DNA of 44,739 nt from an uncultured Candidatus Izemoplasmatales bacterium (lineage in GTDB: Bacteria; Bacillota_I; Bacilli_A; Izemoplasmatales; Izemoplasmataceae), in NCBI GenBank assembly GCA_964479895.1, contig CAYZOR010000002.1, positions 1 through 44,739 of the forward strand, given 5' to 3'. A program made the position numbers and the translations under genes. Numbering within the stretch: position 1 is the stretch's first letter; the number at the start of each line of letters is the position of its first letter. The notes beneath the pieces are model-generated. The model searched no databases. It was not told where the DNA came from and saw nothing but the letters and a program-made list of their open reading frames with translations. Shown here piece after piece: positions 34,253 through 42,597 of this stretch.

Positions 34253-36655
34253 ATGATAAAAATCAATCAATTAAATAAATATTATAATAAAAACCGCCGG
34301 AATGAAAATCATGTCTTAAAGGATGTGAGTGTTGATTTTCCTGAGAAAGGAATGGTCATGTTGCTGGGGGATAGTGGTTCAGGGAAAACCACATTACTCA
34401 ATATCATTGGTGGATTGGATAAAGCCGATCAAGGCGCTTATGCAATCGGGGATGAAACCATCGAAAAGTATCAGGCTAAAACCGTTGATGATCTTAGAAA
34501 CAAAAATATTGGCTATATCTTTCAAAACTATTATTTATTTCCACAAGAAACCGTCTTTGAAAATATTCGCCTAACGTTAAAATTGGTAGGATTGAACGAC
34601 GAAGAAGAAATCAATCAACGCGTCAATAGTTTATTAAAGCTTGTGAACATGCCCCAATATAAACACAGACTCGCCAATCAACTCTCAGGTGGGCAACAAC
34701 AGCGTATAGCAATCATTAGAGCGCTTGCAAAAAACCCTAAAATTATAATTGCCGATGAACCAACAGGGAACTTAGATTCTAAAAACACGTTGGCCATTAT
34801 GCGGATGTTAAAAGAAATTTCCAAAGAAAAACTTATCATTATGGTAACCCATGAAGAAACCATTGCGTCTCATTATGGCGATCAGATCATAAAAATAGAA
34901 GATGGAAAAATCTTATCACACGGTGAAAACGGGGCTAAAAGTAGTATCGATACCACCACAGATTCAGATATCTATTTAGGGGATTTAGAAAAGAAAACCC
35001 TCAGTATGAATGGTAAAGATTCTATTAACCTTTATACCGATGGTTCAGAGAAAACCCCAATCAATGCCCGTTTAATCATCAAAAACAATACCCTTTATAT
35101 CGATATTGATGGGGCCTTTAAAAATATTAATTTACTGAAAGAAAAAACGGATACCAAAGTGTATGAATCCAAACGAGAAGAAATCAAAGAACAAGAGGAT
35201 AAATTGCCAAGTATTGATTATGAACCATTTAAAAAAGATGAACTCTCTTCAAATAAAAATATCATTCCATTCAAAACGATAGCGGAAACAACCCTTAGAA
35301 AATTAAAACAAAGTTCAAAACTTTCTAAGTTGTTATATTTATCATTTGCGTTTAGCGCAGGGATATTTATAATCGCATTGGCACTGATCAATAACATTTT
35401 ATTCATCTCAAATGATCAGTTTTTAAGTGATCCTTTATATACGTTTGAAGTCAATTATGAAGATTTTGAAGATTATGATGCCTTTATCGATCATGAGTTT
35501 CCAGCGACTTTTGAAGCGTATCAGTTAATGATGAACTCTAGCAACAGTATGGCACTTGATTTCACCTTGCCCAGGTTTTATCAAACCAGTGAATCGGTGA
35601 ATATCACCGAATCATTTGCGCCGATTTCATTGGTAGATGAAAGGGATTTAATCAAAGGGTCAATGCCTAGTCACCCTAGAGAAATTGTTATTTCAAGTAC
35701 ATTAGCAAGACAAATGTTAAACAATAACGCCATTACGCGCACAGGCATTCAAACAGAAGATGACTTATTCAAACTCACGTACACCTTTGATGGAGAACCC
35801 TACAGTATTCAAGGCATCGTTGACAATGATGCGCCGGTTTATTTTGGCGAAAAAGCCTTGATGTATTCAACTGCATATAGTGGAGAATTTGACATTGCAA
35901 GCTTATACGATTTAACCATATTAAGTGGACGAGATTTAGAATCAAGGGGTGAAACATTGCTCCCTTCTACCATGGTCAGCGAAGAGGATTTCGAACCGCA
36001 TGAAGTAACTTTGTTAGGCGAAACGTTTAACGCTGTAGGAGTTTATGAAACTACAGATAATATGGCTTATATGATCAGCGAAACATCGTTTGAAGCCTAT
36101 CTTTTTAATCGCGATCACCAACAGGTTGGGACCTTTTATCTTTATGCGAACAGCGAAAGTAGCGCAGGAGACTATTTAGAAAGTCTATCCTTAAGTCGTG
36201 GGTTTGATAATTTATACGAAACGCAAAGAAGTGACGCACGAAATGAGCGCATGGACAGCTTCACAGGGATATTTATCTTTTCAATTATCACCATCGCTGC
36301 CAGCGCATTATCGTATTACTTCATCATTCGCTCATCAATGCTTAACCGCATTTATGAAATTGGCGTCTATCGTTCTTTAGGCGTTAAACGCTTCGATTTA
36401 ATAAAAATGTTTTGGATAGAGATTTTAATCCTTACGACCCTTTCAAGCTTAATCGGTTATACCTTGATGTTTTTCTTCTTACGTTATATTAACGAACAAA
36501 CAAGAGAATTTATAGAAATCATGAATTTATCAGTCTTTACTTACTTTAGTGGTTTTGTTTTACTTTATCTTATCAACTCTTTATTTGGACTTTTACCACT
36601 CTTTAGAGTCTTAAGCAAAACCCCTGCTGAAATTAATAGTACCTATGACTTATAA
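34253..36655 (+). CDS. Fused MacB-type ABC transporter (ATPase + FtsX-type permease), subunit 2
   Basis: Walker A GDSGSGKTT, LSGGQQQRIAIIRAL, IIADEPTGNLD, and an FtsX-like C-terminus (YRSLGVKRFDL). The ATG at 34253 gives MIKINQLNKYY, which aligns with MLKLKNISKYY of subunit 1. The GTG at 34244, directly after the upstream TAG, is the alternative start. Confidence 0.85.
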   Translation: MIKINQLNKYYNKNRRNENHVLKDVSVDFPEKGMVMLLGDSGSGKTTLLNIIGGLDKADQGAYAIGDETIEKYQAKTVDDLRNKNIGYIFQNYYLFPQETVFENIRLTLKLVGLNDEEEINQRVNSLLKLVNMPQYKHRLANQLSGGQQQRIAIIRALAKNPKIIIADEPTGNLDSKNTLAIMRMLKEISKEKLIIMVTHEETIASHYGDQIIKIEDGKILSHGENGAKSSIDTTTDSDIYLGDLEKKTLSMNGKDSINLYTDGSEKTPINARLIIKNNTLYIDIDGAFKNINLLKEKTDTKVYESKREEIKEQEDKLPSIDYEPFKKDELSSNKNIIPFKTIAETTLRKLKQSSKLSKLLYLSFAFSAGIFIIALALINNILFISNDQFLSDPLYTFEVNYEDFEDYDAFIDHEFPATFEAYQLMMNSSNSMALDFTLPRFYQTSESVNITESFAPISLVDERDLIKGSMPSHPREIVISSTLARQMLNNNAITRTGIQTEDDLFKLTYTFDGEPYSIQGIVDNDAPVYFGEKALMYSTAYSGEFDIASLYDLTILSGRDLESRGETLLPSTMVSEEDFEPHEVTLLGETFNAVGVYETTDNMAYMISETSFEAYLFNRDHQQVGTFYLYANSESSAGDYLESLSLSRGFDNLYETQRSDARNERMDSFTGIFIFSIITIAASALSYYFIIRSSMLNRIYEIGVYRSLGVKRFDLIKMFWIEILILTTLSSLIGYTLMFFFLRYINEQTREFIEIMNLSVFTYFSGFVLLYLINSLFGLLPLFRVLSKTPAEINSTYDL

Positions 36656-36656
36656 G

Positions 36657-36691
36657 AAAAAAGTGATGCCTTTTTAGGCATCACAATTTTT
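36657..36691. terminator. Bidirectional Rho-independent terminator
   Basis: Stem GTGATGCCT / AGGCATCAC with loop TTTT, an A-run upstream and a T-run downstream. The right arm contains the TGA stop (36681-36683) of the minus-strand photolyase gene. Confidence 0.85.
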
Positions 36692-38030
36692 CACATTGCG
36701 CTATATAAGTCTTAATATCAAACTTGCGTTTCAGTCCTTGGAAATTCATATATCGTAGCTTTCCAAAAATTTCTCTTTCTTTCCATCCTTGGTCATGCTT
36801 TCCAAACAACCAAGCAACAGACGCGTAGCTTACAGGGTCTCTCCCATCAATAAAATACGTATTGTTTAAATAAATGATCGTTTCATAAGCCGTTTTATAA
36901 TCAGGGCTCCACTCAATAATCTTTTTGCCCCAATACATTCTCATATAATTATGCATATAGCCTGTTTTAACCATTTCTTTCATACAGGCATTAAACGCTT
37001 CATCATGCGTGTTAAAAGCGAGATAATCTTTTATTGTATAAAGATACTTTCGTGGATCATTCACGTGTAAATCCATGGTTTTATACGCCCACTCTTCAGT
37101 CATTGTTTCAAATTGATCGTATCCTTCATGGAAAATAACATAATTAAAGGCTAACTCTCTTCTAATAAATAGTTGTTCTAAAAAATTCTTTTTTGATACG
37201 TTATCTAATGCGTTTTCTTCGATGGTATTATAAATTCTTAAAGGTGAAATCATCCCAAAATGAAGGTACATACTCAGTTTAGAGGTTAAATTCTTAGAAG
37301 GGTCATTCGCATCCTTATAATTATTTAAGTTTTCCTTAACGAATGACGCCATCACTTTAAACGCTTCAGCTTCACCGCCTACATAATAATCACTTTTTTG
37401 AATGGAATCGTTTAACCCAATTTTATTTAAAATGGTTTTGATGGGTTGGTCTAAAATGATGGCTTCATCACGATGGATTTTATTGTTTAATGTTGGGATT
37501 TTAGGAAGTTCATGATAAGCATCAAGCTTACCAAGCAGTTTTTTACGGATGGTACGTGCAGCATATTCCGCTTTATCACTCGCTTCTTGTACGGGCACGA
37601 TGACATCGTTTTCTACGGTAATGCATGCTAAATTTTGCTTCGTTGCTTTAAATCCAATTTCTGTTTTAATATCTCTTAGTCCGCGCATATAGCTTTGATC
37701 CATAATCAGCATTGAAGCGTCTTTAAACTGGTTGATCACTTTGGATTTAAAATCGCCTACTTCTAAAATAAATCCAATGCCAGCTTTTAAGTATTTTTGT
37801 TTTAAAGTCTTTAAGCCTTCTAACATAAATGTCATATTCCGCGTATTGGCATAAGGATAGTCTTTATTTAAAACAAATAATACGTTTAAAGGTAAATGGT
37901 GTTCATTGGCTTTTTCAATGGCATACATAAGGGCGTAATTATCTTGGAATCTGTGGGTTTGTTGCATCCAATAGGTAATGGGTTTTTCCCCTTTAACTGA
38001 AAACGTGTTATGACGATGGAATCTAGACAT
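36681..38030 (-). CDS. phr: Deoxyribodipyrimidine photolyase, class II type
   Basis: N-terminal ...YWMQQTHRFQDNYALMYA and C-terminal GYMHNYMRMYWGKKIIEW, which matches the class II hallmark ...MRMYWAKKILEW. The ATG at 38030 has SD AGGAGG 5 nt upstream. The track start at 38072 adds 14 unsupported codons. Confidence 0.85.
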   Translation of the reverse strand: MSRFHRHNTFSVKGEKPITYWMQQTHRFQDNYALMYAIEKANEHHLPLNVLFVLNKDYPYANTRNMTFMLEGLKTLKQKYLKAGIGFILEVGDFKSKVINQFKDASMLIMDQSYMRGLRDIKTEIGFKATKQNLACITVENDVIVPVQEASDKAEYAARTIRKKLLGKLDAYHELPKIPTLNNKIHRDEAIILDQPIKTILNKIGLNDSIQKSDYYVGGEAEAFKVMASFVKENLNNYKDANDPSKNLTSKLSMYLHFGMISPLRIYNTIEENALDNVSKKNFLEQLFIRRELAFNYVIFHEGYDQFETMTEEWAYKTMDLHVNDPRKYLYTIKDYLAFNTHDEAFNACMKEMVKTGYMHNYMRMYWGKKIIEWSPDYKTAYETIIYLNNTYFIDGRDPVSYASVAWLFGKHDQGWKEREIFGKLRYMNFQGLKRKFDIKTYIAQCEKL

Positions 38031-38035
38031 ATGAA

Positions 38036-38046
38036 CCTCCTGGAGG
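38036..38046. promoter_or_regulatory. Palindrome CCTCC-T-GGAGG that provides the Shine-Dalgarno of both divergent genes
   Basis: GGAGG on the plus strand lies 6 nt before ATG 38053. GGAGG on the minus strand lies 5 nt before ATG 38030. The whole intergenic gap is 22 nt. Confidence 0.7.
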
Positions 38047-38052
38047 GATAAA

Positions 38053-38988
38053 ATGATTGATGCATTAAGCATAAGGAATTATAAAGCATTTTTGGACAAA
38101 ACGATAGTTTTAGGTCATCATACGATGTTTATAGGAACCCATGCATCAGGGAAAACAACGATCTTAGAAGCACTCGATGTGTTTTTTAATCATGCTATAA
38201 AATATCAACATATTAGAAATAAACAAAAAGATGTCGTTATCGATATCCATATCGTAACCGATCACTATAAAAAAGTGTTCTCTCCGCCTCACTATACTTT
38301 AAATTTAGAAAAATCCAGTCAAAATTTAGCGAAGTTAAAGGATTACCTTTATCTTTATATGCCTAAAAAACCCTATCCTATCGAGTATTTTAAAAATCAG
38401 TGTCTTTCATTTTATTATAATGCTTGTTTAAGCGAAAATGCAAATCTAACTCATTGTAAAAATGCACCCCTCATTTTTCAACGCACTCAAATTATGCACC
38501 TTAATAAATATCCGAAGGATTTACCCCCTCAAGCACTCAAAAGCTTGCGCTTTAAAACTATGCCTGAGTTAAAAAGCAAACGGTTATTATTAGGTGTGGA
38601 TGAAGTTGAAAAATCGTTTCACTTTAAAGATTATAAACCGTTAATGGAAAAAGTCGCTCAAGTCTTTTTCGTCTCCAAACAAAAACGGTTTATTAACGAC
38701 TTTGAATATACATTGCATCCTTTATATAAAGCGGATATCCAAAAAGAGCTTGATACCCTAACAACCCCCTTAACACAATCTAAACGAAAACCATTTATTT
38801 TAGTAGAAGGCAAAACCGATGTCCCTTGGTTTGAAAAAGCCTTAGATCTTTTAAATAAATTCGGAGAATACCGTGTTTTACCATGTGGTGGGTATGGGAA
38901 TATCACATTTGTAAATCAACAGCTCAAAAAAGCAAATTTTAGAACCCTCGTGATTACCGATGGGGATATGTTAAGTGAACACTCATAA
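38053..38988 (+). CDS. Compact OLD-family-like protein: ABC/SMC-type ATPase head + Toprim domain (possibly truncated)
   Basis: IRNYKAF N-terminus and Walker A GTHASGKTT (aa 28-36). Walker-B-like LLLGVDEVE. Toprim signature FILVEGKTD ... PCGGYGN ... VITDGD. It ends at TAA 38986-38988, only 7 codons after the DxD motif. Confidence 0.6.
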   Translation: MIDALSIRNYKAFLDKTIVLGHHTMFIGTHASGKTTILEALDVFFNHAIKYQHIRNKQKDVVIDIHIVTDHYKKVFSPPHYTLNLEKSSQNLAKLKDYLYLYMPKKPYPIEYFKNQCLSFYYNACLSENANLTHCKNAPLIFQRTQIMHLNKYPKDLPPQALKSLRFKTMPELKSKRLLLGVDEVEKSFHFKDYKPLMEKVAQVFFVSKQKRFINDFEYTLHPLYKADIQKELDTLTTPLTQSKRKPFILVEGKTDVPWFEKALDLLNKFGEYRVLPCGGYGNITFVNQQLKKANFRTLVITDGDMLSEHS

Positions 38989-39015
38989 TACCGCTAGAAA
39001 AAAGACGTCATTGAA

Positions 39016-39243
39016 ATGTATACTGATATTGGGTACTTAAATACGCACTTACACACAAGCTTTAAAACAGAACCATCTAATAAAAAACAATTCTTTAAAG
39101 CAATGAATGAAAGCGACGAAGTGATCAAAAGAAAACTTTCAACGTATGCAACCCATCATTTAGATGAAAGTCATCAATTTGTCAAAGAAATTAAAATGAT
39201 TTTAAACGATTACGAATCAACACAACCAAACTATTATAAATGA
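39016..39243 (+). pseudogene. 75-codon ORF in the same frame as the upstream OLD-like ORF; probably its detached C-terminal tail
   Basis: 38053 and 39016 are in the same reading frame. The intervening sequence reads TAA-TAC-CGC-TAG-AAA-AAA-GAC-GTC-ATT-GAA-ATG (* Y R * K K D V I E M). No SD precedes ATG 39016. Confidence 0.45.
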
Positions 39244-39253
39244 GGATGATCGA

Positions 39254-40447
39254 ATGAAACCATTAAGTCAAAAGTATCAAACCATCACCCCTTCAATAAC
39301 CCTAGCGATTAACGCCAAAGCCAAAGCCATGAAAAGTGAAGGCAAAGATGTATTATCGTTCGCTTCTGGGGAACCTGATTTTAACACGCCAAAACACATT
39401 AGAGAAAAAGCGATTCACCAAATTAACCAAGGTGGCAATGGCTACACCGCAGCCAAAGGGTTAAAAGCATTAAGAGAAGCCATTCAGCACAAACTAAAAC
39501 ATGATAATCATCTAGAATATGATGTAGAAGATATCATTGTGTCAAATGGTGCGAAACATTCCATATTCAACGCCTTACAAGCCATAATCAATCCAACCGA
39601 TGAAGTCATTCAAATTAGCCCCTATTGGGTTTCTTATCCTGAGATGATCAAAATGGCGGGTGGGGTTCCAATCACCCTAAAAACTTCAAAAGAAAATGCG
39701 TATATTCCAACCGAAGATGCCCTTAAAAAAGTCATCACCGATCAAACAAAAGCGATTATCATTAATACGCCAAATAACCCTACGGGTATGGTATACCCAA
39801 AAGAAACGTTAAACATGATTGGTGCATTGGCCGTCAAACACGACTTTTATATCATCAGCGATGAAATTTATGAAAAACTTATTTATGAAGGGACGCATCA
39901 TTCCATTGCGAGTTTTACTGATGAACTCTTTGAAAGAACCATAACCATTAACGGATTATCTAAAGCGTACGCCATGACGGGCTGGCGAATCGGTTATGCG
40001 GCCGCGCCTAAAATGATTAGCGCTATGATGAATGCCATTCAATCCCATGCGACGTCGAATCCAAATACCATTGCCCAACACGCTTCGATTGAAGGATTAA
40101 AGGGCGATCAAACCCCGATTGAATCAATGCGTCAATCCTTTGAAAAACGTCGCCAACTCATGCTTAGTGCGATTGAAAAAATCCCGAATATCAGTGCGAT
40201 TAAACCAAGTGGTGCGTTTTATGTGATGTTTGATATTCGTTATTTTAAACATAAAACGATTAACGGAAAAAAGATTATGTCATCGACAGATTTTGCGGAA
40301 GTCTTACTAGATGAAGCCTACATTGCATCCGTACCCGGTAAGGCATTTGGAGAAGATAATTTAGTACGTTTATCATACGCAACAAGTGAACAAACGATTG
40401 AAAAAGGCATGAATCGTCTTCATGCATTTTGTGAAAAATATCGTTAA
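39254..40447 (+). CDS. Class I PLP-dependent aminotransferase (aspartate aminotransferase-like)
   Basis: 397 aa. PLP-Lys motif SKAYAMTGWRIGY, NTPNNPTG, and SFASGEPDF near the N-terminus. Confidence 0.85.
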   Translation: MKPLSQKYQTITPSITLAINAKAKAMKSEGKDVLSFASGEPDFNTPKHIREKAIHQINQGGNGYTAAKGLKALREAIQHKLKHDNHLEYDVEDIIVSNGAKHSIFNALQAIINPTDEVIQISPYWVSYPEMIKMAGGVPITLKTSKENAYIPTEDALKKVITDQTKAIIINTPNNPTGMVYPKETLNMIGALAVKHDFYIISDEIYEKLIYEGTHHSIASFTDELFERTITINGLSKAYAMTGWRIGYAAAPKMISAMMNAIQSHATSNPNTIAQHASIEGLKGDQTPIESMRQSFEKRRQLMLSAIEKIPNISAIKPSGAFYVMFDIRYFKHKTINGKKIMSSTDFAEVLLDEAYIASVPGKAFGEDNLVRLSYATSEQTIEKGMNRLHAFCEKYR

Positions 40448-40496
40448 ATCACATAAACCTTAACTTTTTTAGTATCATAAAACCAGGAGGCATTGT

Positions 40497-40988
40497 ATGA
40501 AATTTTATTTAAAACCAAATCACACCCTAAATACCAAAAGTTTTACGGTTCGCGACGAGAAAAAAAATCGTTTATTTAAAGTCAAAGCGAAACACCTTTT
40601 TGGCTTGAGATTGTTGACATTAAACGACATGAATTCTCAGTTGCTTTATAGAAGTAAACGCCGTTTTGATTTTACCTTTTTCAAAAAATACACCATTGAC
40701 GATGAAAACAACAACATCATCGCAGAAATTTATCGTACCAGAGGAAAAAAACACCCTAAATTTAAGATTAAAGCGTTTGATAAACTCATTACCTTAGAAG
40801 GCGATGTCTACCATTATGAGTTTGCGCTAAAAGATGAGAATAATGAATTGCTTGCTTCTATGGGGAAACGGGTATTTCCTTCAGGCGAAGCGTACGAAAT
40901 TGATGTGCCCACAAATAAAAAACCTTTACTCTTTTTATTTTTAATTTTAACGATTGATCAATTTGTCAATGAACACACCAAAGCATAA
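40497..40988 (+). CDS. LURP-one-related / YxjI-like (tubby C-terminal-like fold, DUF567) protein
   Basis: 163 aa. The pattern F.V.DE....F.V.... followed by repeated beta-strand-like segments fits this family, as does the length. SD AGGAGG. Confidence 0.55.
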   Translation: MKFYLKPNHTLNTKSFTVRDEKKNRLFKVKAKHLFGLRLLTLNDMNSQLLYRSKRRFDFTFFKKYTIDDENNNIIAEIYRTRGKKHPKFKIKAFDKLITLEGDVYHYEFALKDENNELLASMGKRVFPSGEAYEIDVPTNKKPLLFLFLILTIDQFVNEHTKA

Positions 40989-41628
40989 AAATGTTTGCAT
41001 GATTTGTGAGGGAGAAACTTATCGTTTAAATGACCCTCAAATTCGTGTAACTTATAGTGTGTGTAAAGCCTGTGGGTTTACGTATAAAAATCGCGCACAT
41101 CATCTTTCGTTAACCGAAGAAAAAACCCAATATGATTCCCACCAAAACACCATGGAAAACGAAGGCTATAAAACCATGTTTGAACGTTTCATTGAAGAGA
41201 GTATAACGCCTTATATCAAAGAGGGGAAAGCCTTAGATTTTGGGAGTGGACCTGGCCCAGTTTTATATGAACTTTTGAAAATTAAAGGCTTTAAAGCGTC
41301 GCACTATGATCCTTTTTATCACAAAGACTTTTCTGTTTTCGATGAAACGTATGATTTAATCACTTCAACAGAAGTATTTGAACATTTAAACACGCCACTT
41401 AAAACCTTAAACCATATTAGTGCCCTCTTAGAAAAAGGGGGCATGCTTGCCATCATGACCTCTTTAAGACCCAAAGATGATGAAACGTTTTTAAAATGGT
41501 GGTACCGTCGTGATTTAACGCATGTGAGTTTTTTCACGTTAAAAGCCATCAAAGCCTTAATTAACCCTTATCCTCTAAGGCTCATATATACCAATGAAAA
41601 AAATTACTTTGTATTCAGAAAGGAATGA
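40969..41628 (+). CDS. Class I SAM-dependent methyltransferase with N-terminal CxxC...CxxC zinc ribbon
   Basis: CMICEGE...CKACGF, then SAM motif I ALDFGSGPG and motif DLITSTEVFEHL. The start is ambiguous (TTG 40954, ATG 40969 or ATG 40999). It overlaps the 3' end of the preceding gene. Confidence 0.7.
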   Translation: MNTPKHKNVCMICEGETYRLNDPQIRVTYSVCKACGFTYKNRAHHLSLTEEKTQYDSHQNTMENEGYKTMFERFIEESITPYIKEGKALDFGSGPGPVLYELLKIKGFKASHYDPFYHKDFSVFDETYDLITSTEVFEHLNTPLKTLNHISALLEKGGMLAIMTSLRPKDDETFLKWWYRRDLTHVSFFTLKAIKALINPYPLRLIYTNEKNYFVFRKE

Positions 41629-42548
41629 ACACGATGAAAGTTTATACACAAAATCAAGAATATATTGATTATCTAAAAGATAAATTGCCCAACGGTGTCT
41701 CTTTAACGCAAAACTTTAATGAAGCCAACTATGCTTTAAGAGGTCGTTTTAAAGCGAGTGAATACCACGAGAACTTAAAAGGAATCATCATTCCATTTAC
41801 AGGGCATAACGGCATTGACCTTCAGGCCATCAAACACTATCATTTAAAACTCTTTAATACCACAGAACATTCTATTTATGTTGCGGAAAAAGCGATGAAA
41901 TTAACACTGGGCCTTTTAGGAAATATTCACATTTATCATACGAGAATGCAAAAGGGCGATTGGTCCAATAGAAATACTGAAGCCCGTATTTCTTGGGAGA
42001 GTCTTTTAAATAAACGTGTTGGCATTTTTGGATATGGTAGAATAGGAAAACATTTATCGTCGATGCTTAAACCGTTTACACAAAATATTTATACCATTGA
42101 CCGTGGGAAAGATTATGGACCGTGTTTATTGGTTGATTCTTTAGAAGCTTTAATTGATAATACAGACCTAATTATTATTGCGGCCCCATTAAATAGCACG
42201 ACTGAAAACGTATTTGATGAAGCTGCGCTTAAGCGGATGAAAAATAAATACTTAATCAATGTAGGCAGAGGCCTTATCGTCAACCAAAAAGCACTCTATG
42301 AAACCTTAAAGACCAATCACTTAAAAGGCTACGCTTCAGATGTTTGGTATAACTATCCTAAACAAAGTGAGTTAACGCCACCTTCAGATTATCCCATCCA
42401 CACGCTTGATAATGTTTTAATGACCCCCCACGTTGGTGGCTTTAGTACTGATGCCCCTTTAAAACTTAAAGAAAAAGTGTTGGAGCATATTACGAATATA
42501 AAAAACGGCGATTTTAAAGAAGCCTTAGACCCAGATAAGTTAAAATAA
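41625..42548 (+). CDS. D-isomer-specific 2-hydroxyacid dehydrogenase family protein
   Basis: NAD motif VGIFGYGRIGKHL, INVGRG, and catalytic His in TPHVGG. ATGA overlap with the methyltransferase gene. Confidence 0.8.
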   Translation: MNTMKVYTQNQEYIDYLKDKLPNGVSLTQNFNEANYALRGRFKASEYHENLKGIIIPFTGHNGIDLQAIKHYHLKLFNTTEHSIYVAEKAMKLTLGLLGNIHIYHTRMQKGDWSNRNTEARISWESLLNKRVGIFGYGRIGKHLSSMLKPFTQNIYTIDRGKDYGPCLLVDSLEALIDNTDLIIIAAPLNSTTENVFDEAALKRMKNKYLINVGRGLIVNQKALYETLKTNHLKGYASDVWYNYPKQSELTPPSDYPIHTLDNVLMTPHVGGFSTDAPLKLKEKVLEHITNIKNGDFKEALDPDKLK

Positions 42549-42572
42549 GTCTCTTCATTGAGGCTTTTCTTA

Positions 42573-42581
42573 TGTTACAAT
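42573..42581 (+). promoter_or_regulatory. Candidate extended -10 element (TGtTACAAT)
   Basis: It lies 17 nt upstream of ATG 42598, after a weak hairpin and T-run at 42549-42570. The implied leader is very short. Confidence 0.4.
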
Positions 42582-42597
42582 AGATTCAGGTGATTAG

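Noticed and set aside
38036-38046. The CCTCC-T-GGAGG palindrome acting as an intramolecular anti-SD hairpin.
   Set aside because: The arms are separated by a single nucleotide, so a hairpin cannot form within one RNA. Only intermolecular (sense/antisense) pairing or a DNA-level role is plausible.
36681-40447. The OLD-like gene as part of a defence island or mobile insertion.
   Set aside because: I found no flanking direct repeats, integrase, tRNA target or additional defence genes. The flanks are a photolyase and an aminotransferase, and base composition does not look different by eye. The gene is treated as an isolated, possibly decaying gene.
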